From an uncultured Ignavibacteriales bacterium (GTDB taxonomy: Bacteria > Bacteroidota > Ignavibacteria > Ignavibacteriales > Melioribacteraceae), in assembly GCA_942492055.1 (NCBI GenBank), contig CALODP010000004.1, positions 41,827 to 73,826 on the forward strand: a DNA stretch of 32,000 bases, written 5' to 3'. Shown here piece by piece: positions 22,783-31,689 of this stretch (its first letter is position 1; every line of letters starts with the position of its first letter). Both the position numbers and the translations under genes were made by a program. The notes under the pieces are model-generated. The model had not been told where the DNA came from, did not search any database, and was given only the letters and a program-made list of their open reading frames with translations.

Positions 22783-25446
22783 ATGAATATGTATAGAACT
22801 TTTGTACTATTGTTTATATTCCTTTCATCCTCTCTTTTCTCACAGAAAGCGATTTATCAAACAAACAGATATACAATATTTTCCGATAAAGTTGTTGAAG
22901 GGAAGAATAGTGCTATTTTCCATTCCCGAAACAAAATTGCCTCAAATTATTCCGATCTTCTTAATACCGGAGTGAATAGAAAGATCAAATTCAAGTTTGC
23001 TTTAAACGGGAAGGATAATGAACGGGCTCCGGGAAAAGATCATATAATAGAACTGAAACAGGGTTTCAATTCTTTGGTTACCGATACTTTTTACTTTGGT
23101 AGGGAAGAAAGAGCCGGAAAACCGATCTATAAGGAAGATAATAGTATTGAAAAGGGGAAATACAGAGTTGAGTTTATTCTTAATGCCCGAAAGATTGATG
23201 AGCAGTTAGCGAAGGGAGAATCATTTAACTCTTTCGACGGTACTATCATTACGAAAGATCAACTCGTCGGATATTTCATAGCGGGGGATTTATGGCCCCT
23301 TACATGGGATTTTTCCAATCTTATAAATAGAAAAGACTTACAACTTACTTCCATGGGAACCGGAATATATAAACTTGTTCTCGATTTTGAGTATAAACCG
23401 TATCGTGAGTATAATCAGGACGGATTCATGTATTGGAATCTTACGAAAGATATTTCACGATTCCCACGACTTACCGCTCCTTATTTGATAATGGAAGGGA
23501 TGTATGATCTATCATTGGAAGAATTGCTCCAGTCTGTTCGTCCCGACAATACATTTATGGCAGGAGAGAAATGGGACGGAGTCTGGACAAGAGACGTAAG
23601 TTATAGTATTCTTCTTTCCCTCGCGATCTTAGAACCGGAATTAGCTATAAATAGCCTCAAAGCAAAAGTAGATAATAAAAGAATAATTCAGGATACCGGA
23701 ACGGGTGGTTCCTGGCCCGTTTCTACAGATCGATTAACATGGGCTCTGGCTGCGAATGAGATATATCTGGTAACTGGAGATAAAGCTTGGTTGAAATACG
23801 CCTACGAAATAATTAAAAACTCCGTAGAGACCGATAAGAGTATTGTTCGGAACCCGGAAACGGGATTGATGTACGGAGAAACATCCTTTATTGATTGGAG
23901 AGAGCAATCTTATCCTAAATGGATGGATTCGAAAGATATATTCCGTTCTCAGGCAATAGGAACGAACGCGGTTCATTATAAGACGCTTGATATTCTTGTT
24001 TCTATGGCTAAGGATCTGGATGAGGATTATTCCGAATATGAAGGACGTAAGAAGGAATTAAAGGGGAATATAAATAAATATCTGTGGTTAGCCGATAAAG
24101 AGTATTATGGGGAATTTATATACGGAAGAACATATCAAAGCATAAGCTCCCGCAGCGAAACTCTCGGGGAGGCATTGGCAATTCTTTTCGGAATAGCGGA
24201 TAAAGAAAAAAGTAAAAAGATAGTAGAGAATACTCCCATAGCGGAATATGGTGTCCCTTGTTTCTATCCTCAGATTCCCGATATAGGGCCATATCATAAT
24301 AACGGAATCTGGCCTTTTGTTGTAGCTTATTGGGGATGGGCAAGCGCCGTAACGGGAAATGAAATTGTTTTGGAGAATAGTATCTCCACAATATACAGAG
24401 CGGCATCCCTTTTCCTAACGAATAAAGAGAATATGGTTTGCCAAACGGGAAGTTTCTACGGAACCGCGATTAATTCGAACAGGCAATTATGGAGTGTAGC
24501 CGGAAATCTCGCCATAATCTACAGAATGATATTCGGATTATCTATCGAAAATAACGGGATGAGAATAGCTCCATTTATTCCGGAATCCTTTAAAGGGGAT
24601 TATAATCTGAATGATTTCCCTTATCGTTCCGCTAAATTAGATATTTCAATCTCCGGGCATGGAAATATCATTACTTCATTCAAATTGGATGGTAAAGAGT
24701 CTGAGAATAACTTTATACCCGATAACCTTTCAGGTAAGCATAAAATAGAGATTAGACTAACCTCATCCGGTAAAAAGGGGGAAGGGAATTTCAAATTGAA
24801 TAAATTCTCTCCTTCCGATCCTATTGTAGAGCTTAACGAGAATATACTATCATGGAATAGGGAAGAGGGGATATTACATTATAATATCTATCGTAACGGT
24901 GAAAAGATCGCCTCTACGGAAGAGAACCGATTCCGGATTGAAGAGAATTCCGGTTATATGGAAGAATATCAGGTTGAGGCGGTAGATATAAAAGGGGATC
25001 CCTCTTTCTTATCGGAACCGATTACAATAGACGGGAAGGTTAATTATACGGTTATTCCGGAAGAATTAAAGGCCCGGGATAATAAAGAATATATCGAATC
25101 GACACTTTCTGAGAATTCAAGTATAACATTCAATGTTAATGTTTCGGAAGAGGGATTATACGGGGTGAAATTTCTTTACGCCAACGGAACCGGTCCGATA
25201 AATACGGATAACAATTGCGGAATAAGAACCCTTGTTGTAAATGATAATCCTATGCTTGCGGTTATATTCCCGCAAAGAGGGACTGATAAATGGGATGATT
25301 ACGGATATACCAATACTCTCTTGGTAAGTTTAAAGAAAGGGAATAATAAGCTTGAGCTTATCTATAGAGCGGAGAATAAGAATATGGATGGGGAAATCAA
25401 CAGATTCAGATTGAAAAATCTTCGTATGGATTTGTTGGATAAATAG
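22783..25446 (+). CDS. secreted six-hairpin glycosidase-like protein (GDE_C/GH15-like core) with Fn3-like and CBM-like C-terminal domains
   Basis: 887-aa ORF with signal peptide. The core has WDGVWTRDVSYSILLSLA (WxRD-type motif) and YHNNGIWPFVVAYWGWA. The C-terminus has ILSWNREEGILHYNIYRNGEKI (Fn3-like) and YGVKFLYANGTGPINTDNNCGIRTLVVND (CBM-like). Confidence 0.55.
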   Translation: MNMYRTFVLLFIFLSSSLFSQKAIYQTNRYTIFSDKVVEGKNSAIFHSRNKIASNYSDLLNTGVNRKIKFKFALNGKDNERAPGKDHIIELKQGFNSLVTDTFYFGREERAGKPIYKEDNSIEKGKYRVEFILNARKIDEQLAKGESFNSFDGTIITKDQLVGYFIAGDLWPLTWDFSNLINRKDLQLTSMGTGIYKLVLDFEYKPYREYNQDGFMYWNLTKDISRFPRLTAPYLIMEGMYDLSLEELLQSVRPDNTFMAGEKWDGVWTRDVSYSILLSLAILEPELAINSLKAKVDNKRIIQDTGTGGSWPVSTDRLTWALAANEIYLVTGDKAWLKYAYEIIKNSVETDKSIVRNPETGLMYGETSFIDWREQSYPKWMDSKDIFRSQAIGTNAVHYKTLDILVSMAKDLDEDYSEYEGRKKELKGNINKYLWLADKEYYGEFIYGRTYQSISSRSETLGEALAILFGIADKEKSKKIVENTPIAEYGVPCFYPQIPDIGPYHNNGIWPFVVAYWGWASAVTGNEIVLENSISTIYRAASLFLTNKENMVCQTGSFYGTAINSNRQLWSVAGNLAIIYRMIFGLSIENNGMRIAPFIPESFKGDYNLNDFPYRSAKLDISISGHGNIITSFKLDGKESENNFIPDNLSGKHKIEIRLTSSGKKGEGNFKLNKFSPSDPIVELNENILSWNREEGILHYNIYRNGEKIASTEENRFRIEENSGYMEEYQVEAVDIKGDPSFLSEPITIDGKVNYTVIPEELKARDNKEYIESTLSENSSITFNVNVSEEGLYGVKFLYANGTGPINTDNNCGIRTLVVNDNPMLAVIFPQRGTDKWDDYGYTNTLLVSLKKGNNKLELIYRAENKNMDGEINRFRLKNLRMDLLDK

Positions 25447-25589
25447 ATCACGCTATTATTTGGTCATTCTTGTTATAGATATACTAAACATGATATTTCA
25501 TTTGTTGGTATTCTTTTTTCTTTCTAGGAGCGACCTTATGGCACTATTATTTTTAAGAAAATGATAAAGCCGTTCTGGATTTATGGGTC

Positions 25590-25620
25590 GCTCGTAAACG
25601 AGCTTATTTGTTTTATTTGG
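25590..25620 (+). terminator. weak hairpin plus T-rich tract
   Basis: GCTCG TAAA CGAGC (25590-25603) is followed by TTATTTGTTTTATTT. The stem is only 5 bp, and it lies about 145 nt after the stop of the upstream gene. Confidence 0.25.
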
Positions 25621-25643
25621 TCAATTTATCTACCAAGGGTTCG

Positions 25644-25657
25644 GCACCATACGGCGC
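25644..25657 (+). repeat. GC-rich mini-hairpin repeat, family B variant (GCACCATACGGCGC)
   Basis: Same GCACC...GGCGC architecture as 11595 and 11647. It is embedded in the larger near-palindrome TTCGGCACCATACGGCGCCGAA (25639-25660). Confidence 0.45.
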
Positions 25658-25787
25658 CGAAAAGTAATTTCGATTTATTGCGCTATATTATTAGTAGATA
25701 TATCATTATTTCAATATAATCTCACAATTATTCCTATTCTGCTCCCATTCTTAAGATATTCATACCCGATTTTCTGTTTTTATAATC

Positions 25788-25824
25788 ATTTCGGAAATCC
25801 TCATAGTACAATTTCGGAAATCCT
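25788..25824 (+). promoter_or_regulatory. tandem 14-bp direct repeat, each unit an ATTTC-G-GAAAT palindrome (candidate operator)
   Basis: ATTTCGGAAATCCT occurs exactly at 25788-25801 and 25811-25824, with starts 23 bp apart. The repeats lie 107-143 nt upstream of the receptor ATG at 25931. Confidence 0.4.
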
Positions 25825-25930
25825 GTGTATTATATAGTAAGGGAATAAGGAGAGATTAGAAATAATTAATTCCCGAGATGGTATCCGTATCAGGTTGAAA
25901 AACTTTTTCTACATAAAAATAATAGCGAGT

Positions 25931-28900
25931 ATGAAAAAATTTCTAACATTTACTCTTTTCGGGATATTTCTATCCGGTTTATTATTCGGGCAATATTCCG
26001 AAGAGTTCAGAAAAGCCCATAAGACAGGGGCAATAAAACGGGATTCGGGATTATCTGTAGCAAACAGATATGTTAATCCTCTGCATCGTGTTTTAAAGAT
26101 TAATGCCGATGATTGTAGTTTCGAAGAGATATTGACGGAAATTACGGATCAATGCGGTATTTATTTTGTCTATGAGAGTAAAATCGGCAAAAGAGGCGGA
26201 TATTCATTGGATCTCGAAAGAGGGACAGTTAAAGACGTATTGGATGACCTTTGCGCTGATACCGATCTAACTTACGTTGTTCTCGATCGAGATAAAATAG
26301 TAGTTACCGATAAGAATGTTTCCGACAAGAAAACCGGAAAGGTAAAAGGTATTATTCGTGATGATTCCGGAGAAATTCTTATAGGAGCAAATGTTTTAAT
26401 TAAAGAGAATAATTTCGGTAGCGCTTCCGATGAAACCGGATTCTATGAAATTAAGAATCTTAAACCGGGTGTTTATACGATCAGAGCTTCCTTTGTCGGG
26501 TTCAAGTCGAAAGAGACTAAGGTTACCATAGTTGCCGGCCGCGCGTTGGAATTGGACTTTATTCTGGAAGCGGAAGGATTTATGGTAGGCGGTATTGAGG
26601 TTGTTGCCGATAATGAATTAATGCCGGTCGATCCTCAGACAAAAACAAAGATAAATGCCGGCGAAATAGAGCATTTGCAGGCCAGTAGTCTTAAAGACGT
26701 TATGTCGCTTGCTCCGGGAACAAAAACAACCAATCCGACTCTTGATAATACCGAAAAAGCGACAATACGTGGCGGAGACGCGATCGGGACACAGGTTGTA
26801 ATGGATGGTGTTCCTATTTCCAATAATACGAATATGCAAGTCGGAATGGGATATTCAACAGTTAATTCGGGGATAGATCTTCGCGCTATTCCGGCGGAAA
26901 ACATCGAAGAGGTTGAAATTATCCGTGGAATTCCTTCGGTTGAATATGGTGACCTTACAGACGGTTTGATGATTGTAAAAACGAAAGCGAAAGCTTCACC
27001 TCTCCGTTTTAAGGCTAAATATAATCCTAATGTTTACGAAATGAATCTCAACGGCGGATTCGCAGCCGGAGATTGGGTATTTAATCTTAACGGCAATTTA
27101 GCTTCTTCCGGAAGAGATGTTCGTGTTGAAGGGGACGGATATACAAGATTTGCCGGTCAGGTAAATATTCTTTATCAAAAAGATAATTACGAGATAAAAA
27201 ACGGGTTATTCGTAACCAGAACAATTGATGAGAAGAAAGAAGAACCGGGATATGTATTAAAAGAAGCATGGTTTAATAAAGACTGGAATATAAAGTATAA
27301 CGGGGCGTTTGAATACAATGTAAGTGATCTGAATAAGCTGAGCGCGAAATATTCAGTTTCTTATACAAAACGTAATTCCTATTCCCAGCAGATGATCTCG
27401 AGAGATAATACAATTATCTCCGATCTTACCGAAAACGGATCGAGAGAAGGTTATATAGTATATGGTTCTTATCTCGGTAAAAAGTGGATAAAAGGGAACG
27501 AATGGAATATTTACGGCGATTTGAACTATAAATTTAAGTTTTTTACCGGAGATTATATCCATAGCTGGGTAGCCGGCGCTACATATCGTAATGAATTTAA
27601 TAATGGTAAGGGGATCCTATTTGATCCGTTATTTCCTCCGATGTTGAGTTCTACATCACCAAGATTAAGATCTTATGATGATCTTCCGGGATATACAACT
27701 CTTTCCTTCTATCTGGAAGATAAGATTGCCGGTAGATTATTGGTCCCTTTTACTTTGCAATTCGGAGCAAGGTACGAAGTCTACAGACCTGATGAATTTA
27801 ATTTTAGCGGTTTATGGGGGGACGGAGAATTTATAAATGGGAAAAACGGCAGTTTTCTGAATCCAAGAATCTCTTTTTCTGCGAATATATTCGAGGATAC
27901 CCAGATAAGATTAAGTTACGGTGTAACAACCAAATCTCCTCCTATGAGTATGATATTCGCTCAGGATAGATATTTTGATGTGGTTGATACCGCAAGTATT
28001 AAAGACGCTACAAAGCCGGAAGAGAATTTCTCGATTATTTCCACTTATAAACATAAAGTGGCAAATGAAAATCTAAAGGCTTACAAGCAATACAAATACG
28101 AAGCCAGTATAGATCAGCAAATCGGTGATATCGGTTTAACATTAACCGGATATTATAATAAATCGGAAGATATGTTTTCAAGTAGTAATACCCCGATAGT
28201 AAAATATAAAAAATCTTTTCCCGATTGGCCTAATCATGATATTTATTCTGTATACGATACATTACTGGATTCTTATTACTCCTATACAAATAACGGCTAT
28301 AGAAATGTAAAGGGGTTAGAATTTGCGTTAAAGACAAAGAAAATTCCTGTTATAAATACCATCTTCAAATTCGATGCTTCTTACATGGAACAGGAATCGG
28401 GGACCAACGGTGGATACAGAACTGCTTCAAGACGTTTTGTGAAGGAATTAGGAATGGAAGTAGTTCCTTTCCAGAATGATATAGAGATATACAGAAAAGA
28501 TCTTCTTTTGAATTATCGCTTCGATATTCAGTCGAAATCGTTGGGAATGTGGGTAACACTCCATATTCAACAGCAATTGCTGGAAATCGACGGGAAAAAC
28601 AATCTTGATGATTCTTTGGCTGTCGGATATTTCGGGAAAGACGGTAATATGGTTTGGATTGCCGAAAAAGATCGCGCTTCCGAAAAATATAAGGGTTTAC
28701 GCGATGTTAAGGAAGATTATGAATACAGAGAAGAAGACAGACCGAATTTATGGCTTGTAAACATAAAAGTTAGTAAGGAATTGTGGAAAGGGGCGGCTGT
28801 TTCTTTCTTCGTGAATAATTTCTTTAATAATCATCCTATTTACGAAATCAAACGATCCAGTGATAAGGTATATAATTTTCAAAGGAGAAATCCTGATATC

Positions 28901-28933
28901 TTTTACGGATTGGAATTCCATACTAGCCTTTAA
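25931..28933 (+). CDS. TonB-dependent outer-membrane receptor with N-terminal STN and carboxypeptidase-regulatory-like domains
   Basis: I prefer the ATG at 25931 (MKKFLTFTLFGIFLSGLLFGQ signal peptide) over the TTG at 25895, giving 1000 aa. STN-like segment: VLKINADDCSFEEILTEITDQCGIYFVYES...LTYVVLDRDKIVVT. CarboxypepD_reg-like segment: GKVKGIIRDDSGEILIGANVLIK...GFYEIKNLKPGVYTIRASFVGF. Plug motifs: SLKDVMSLAPG and IEIIRGIPSVEYGD. A long beta-barrel follows. Confidence 0.85.
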   Translation: MKKFLTFTLFGIFLSGLLFGQYSEEFRKAHKTGAIKRDSGLSVANRYVNPLHRVLKINADDCSFEEILTEITDQCGIYFVYESKIGKRGGYSLDLERGTVKDVLDDLCADTDLTYVVLDRDKIVVTDKNVSDKKTGKVKGIIRDDSGEILIGANVLIKENNFGSASDETGFYEIKNLKPGVYTIRASFVGFKSKETKVTIVAGRALELDFILEAEGFMVGGIEVVADNELMPVDPQTKTKINAGEIEHLQASSLKDVMSLAPGTKTTNPTLDNTEKATIRGGDAIGTQVVMDGVPISNNTNMQVGMGYSTVNSGIDLRAIPAENIEEVEIIRGIPSVEYGDLTDGLMIVKTKAKASPLRFKAKYNPNVYEMNLNGGFAAGDWVFNLNGNLASSGRDVRVEGDGYTRFAGQVNILYQKDNYEIKNGLFVTRTIDEKKEEPGYVLKEAWFNKDWNIKYNGAFEYNVSDLNKLSAKYSVSYTKRNSYSQQMISRDNTIISDLTENGSREGYIVYGSYLGKKWIKGNEWNIYGDLNYKFKFFTGDYIHSWVAGATYRNEFNNGKGILFDPLFPPMLSSTSPRLRSYDDLPGYTTLSFYLEDKIAGRLLVPFTLQFGARYEVYRPDEFNFSGLWGDGEFINGKNGSFLNPRISFSANIFEDTQIRLSYGVTTKSPPMSMIFAQDRYFDVVDTASIKDATKPEENFSIISTYKHKVANENLKAYKQYKYEASIDQQIGDIGLTLTGYYNKSEDMFSSSNTPIVKYKKSFPDWPNHDIYSVYDTLLDSYYSYTNNGYRNVKGLEFALKTKKIPVINTIFKFDASYMEQESGTNGGYRTASRRFVKELGMEVVPFQNDIEIYRKDLLLNYRFDIQSKSLGMWVTLHIQQQLLEIDGKNNLDDSLAVGYFGKDGNMVWIAEKDRASEKYKGLRDVKEDYEYREEDRPNLWLVNIKVSKELWKGAAVSFFVNNFFNNHPIYEIKRSSDKVYNFQRRNPDIFYGLEFHTSL

Positions 28934-28947
28934 CGGAGAATAGTGTA

Positions 28948-30108
28948 ATGAAAAAATATATATCAATATTATTTGTCTTGATCTCCTTTGTCGGCTGCGA
29001 AACGGTTTTGAATACTCCGGAAAAGCCGGATAATAAAGAGAGAGAAGTTAATTATAAAATAAAACTTGTTGATGATACCGGAACTCTTTTGGAAGAGACA
29101 GGCTCTGATATCGTGAAAGGAGCCTCTGTTTTGATGGTTTCTAATTCCTTGAAAACCAAATATGAACTGGTCTCCGATGAAAACGGGTATATTACTCTAT
29201 CAAACGGGATTTCAGACACATATCTGATTTCTGTTAAGATGGAAGTTCCTTTGAAGAATCAAGGGAAGAGTAAATTTTTGGTAAATACCAAAGAAACATC
29301 TATAGATCTTCGCGCCGACAATAAAGAGAAATTATTTCTCTCATTGGACGCCATACAAGAAAAAACTGATTTGGTTTTCAGCGAATTATATGTTACCGGC
29401 GCTAAAGGAAGTGGAATGTATTTTCATGATAAATATGTGGAAATATTTAATCAGTCCGATCAAATAGTTTATTTAGATAGTTTAATAATATCTGTTGTTT
29501 ATGGAAATTACTCACAAGGGATAAATTGGGTGGATGATAATGATTATGTTCATTCCAAAATTATATGGTCTTTCCCGGGAACAGGAAAAGATTATCCGAT
29601 ACAGCCCGGAGAATATAAAGTGATTGCGGCTGATGCTCTCGATCATAGAGTAGGCGCTCCTGAAAGTATAGATCTTTCGAATGCGGATTTCGAATTCTAT
29701 AAGAGTGACTCACCTGATTTGGATTCAAAGGATGTTCCGAATATGATTATGTTTTTTCAATCCTCAGGATTTGATTGGTCAATAGGTGCTAGAACAGGAG
29801 CTGTTGTTTTGTCAAATGCGAGCCTTGATTCTTTGGTCTTTTCAGATAATCATTATAAAATACCGATGAAATCGATAATTGATGGTGTTGAGTATAATAG
29901 AGATCCTTCGAAATTGAATGAAAAAATTCTTAATCCTATGATTGACGGTGGATTAACGGGGGGACTGCAATTTTATAGTGGTAAGACACTGGAAAGGATT
30001 TTAGTTGAAGAGAACGGTCGTTTTGTTCTGAAGGATGAAAATAATTCCACACTTGATTTTAAAGTATATGAAAAACCATCTCCGGGAACACATAATGAAC
30101 TTAAATAG
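28948..30108 (+). CDS. lipoprotein with Ig-like N-domain and lamin-tail-domain (LTD)-like C-domain, unknown function
   Basis: 386-aa ORF with GGAGA SD. Lipobox LISFVGC. The segment LVFSELYVTGAKGSGMYFHDKYVEIFNQSDQIVYLDSLIIS resembles the LTD core (xSEx...EYVEIxN...vxLxgxxl). From memory, this gene position and size fit proteins named DUF4876 in Bacteroidota. Unverified. Confidence 0.6.
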   Translation: MKKYISILFVLISFVGCETVLNTPEKPDNKEREVNYKIKLVDDTGTLLEETGSDIVKGASVLMVSNSLKTKYELVSDENGYITLSNGISDTYLISVKMEVPLKNQGKSKFLVNTKETSIDLRADNKEKLFLSLDAIQEKTDLVFSELYVTGAKGSGMYFHDKYVEIFNQSDQIVYLDSLIISVVYGNYSQGINWVDDNDYVHSKIIWSFPGTGKDYPIQPGEYKVIAADALDHRVGAPESIDLSNADFEFYKSDSPDLDSKDVPNMIMFFQSSGFDWSIGARTGAVVLSNASLDSLVFSDNHYKIPMKSIIDGVEYNRDPSKLNEKILNPMIDGGLTGGLQFYSGKTLERILVEENGRFVLKDENNSTLDFKVYEKPSPGTHNELK

Positions 30109-31633
30109 ATATATAAAATATACTTCGAGAATATTATTCTTGTCATGTTTGTTAGCCGGATCTCTTTTGGCGCAAGGACAGGAATTTTACGAACCGACAT
30201 TTTTCAATACGGTTTTCGACGCTAATGAGAATAATAACTCATATTTCATCGGGAATAATCCTGCTTATCTGAAATTCGATAATCGGGATGAAAAGCTTTA
30301 CGGAAACGTAACTTTCCTGAATGATAACGGAAGATTTAAAAAGTTTTTAGATCCGAAAACAAAAAGAAGATATATGGCTTCTTTCTCAGGTAAGAAGGCA
30401 ATTTCCGAAGATCAGATCTTTAAGGGAACGTTCGGATTTATAAGGGACGAATATATTGATTGGAACTGGCTCTCTACCAAAAGATATGATTCGGGATCCC
30501 CTTTTCTTTTGGGAGATTCTACTACCGGAAAGACAAGATTTAACGGAATCTTTTTGAATGCCGAATATGCCGGTAAACTCTATAAAAATCTTTCCTTAGG
30601 ATTCTCTCTTACTTATTTCGTGGATGACGGATTTAAAGAAGTTTCTCCTCGTCCTATTTCGGCGCACAGAGATATTATTTTCAGTGCCGGACTTAAATAT
30701 CAATTAAATCGATTCAATTCGATAGGATTGGTTTTGAACTCCTTTGATTATAATGAAGAGATTAAATATCAGGAAGATGAGGGGGGCGTTCTTAATGAAA
30801 CGACTCTTATCAAATTCAGAGGTATTGATTTTCCCGTAATAATGAAGAAGAAAAAAGAAACCAGATATTCCTGGCATAACGGATATTCCGCTTCTTTAAC
30901 CTATCAATATCAGGAAGATAAACTTAAAATAGCGGCTTATGCTTTGGGCGGTTTGGAACATTTGACATTAAAAGATGGCAAGAATGATCTCTATCCGGAA
31001 GGTTACTGGAATAATCAGTTTTATAACGGTCAGTTAAATATAAATTACGCGATTTCTTCGGAAATGAAATTCGGGTTGAAATATCGTTTTTCCTCGGAAG
31101 ATATGTGGGCAAAACATCCTAATTATAAAGTTGTTATTTCCGAGAATGATAATTCCGAACATAGTATTGCGCTGGGATGCGAATATGAGTTTTTGGAAAA
31201 TAATAGCATGGCTTTGGAAATAGAAGGGAAGCTCGGTGAGATAAATGTTTCGGATTTTTACAGTGATATCTATTTCGAAGGAAAGAATCTTACATTGTTC
31301 CCGAAAATCGCTTTCCATTCCGATTTGTGTGAAATATTATCGGCCGATTTGGGATTCGGTTATAAGATAAATAAAACGGATGATGAAAAGGTATCCGCCA
31401 AATCAGCAGGCAATTATTATAATAATTTCAGAGTAAAAGATATTCTCTATTCTTTAACGGATTATAAAGGATTGAGTCTTTTCGGGAAAATCGGTTATGA
31501 GTTTATCGAGAACAATTCGGTTTCTCTAAGAGTTAATTACGAGAATATTAGGGCAGTTGATAGCGCTCTGTTTGATAATTGTGTAAATGATAACATTTCC
31601 GCTTTCTTGGAATTTAAGTTGAATCTCTATTAA
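30095..31633 (+). CDS. predicted outer-membrane beta-barrel protein (FadL/PorV-like NPA motif), unknown function
   Basis: I prefer the ATG at 30095 (MNLNRYIKYTSRILFLSCLLAGSLLAQ signal peptide), which overlaps the upstream gene by 14 nt, giving 512 aa. N-terminal GNNPAYL motif. Amphipathic beta-strand pattern throughout. Ends ...AFLEFKLNLY with a terminal aromatic. It may correspond to what NCBI names the DUF6850 barrel. Unverified. Confidence 0.55.
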   Translation: MNLNRYIKYTSRILFLSCLLAGSLLAQGQEFYEPTFFNTVFDANENNNSYFIGNNPAYLKFDNRDEKLYGNVTFLNDNGRFKKFLDPKTKRRYMASFSGKKAISEDQIFKGTFGFIRDEYIDWNWLSTKRYDSGSPFLLGDSTTGKTRFNGIFLNAEYAGKLYKNLSLGFSLTYFVDDGFKEVSPRPISAHRDIIFSAGLKYQLNRFNSIGLVLNSFDYNEEIKYQEDEGGVLNETTLIKFRGIDFPVIMKKKKETRYSWHNGYSASLTYQYQEDKLKIAAYALGGLEHLTLKDGKNDLYPEGYWNNQFYNGQLNINYAISSEMKFGLKYRFSSEDMWAKHPNYKVVISENDNSEHSIALGCEYEFLENNSMALEIEGKLGEINVSDFYSDIYFEGKNLTLFPKIAFHSDLCEILSADLGFGYKINKTDDEKVSAKSAGNYYNNFRVKDILYSLTDYKGLSLFGKIGYEFIENNSVSLRVNYENIRAVDSALFDNCVNDNISAFLEFKLNLY

Positions 31634-31689
31634 TGGTATCGTTCGGAAAAATATGGTATGTATTTAATAATACAATAAAGGGACACTTA

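Noticed and set aside
25490-25564. 24-aa hydrophobic mini-ORF (MIFHLLVFFFLSRSDLMALLFLRK) downstream of the glycosidase gene.
   Set aside because: It has no SD, is very short, and its composition is consistent with chance.
25636-25660. GGTTCGGCACC resembling a tRNA T-arm (GGTTCGA...).
   Set aside because: I could not build acceptor, D or anticodon stems around it. It is better explained as the near-palindrome TTCGGCACCATACGGCGCCGAA of repeat family B.
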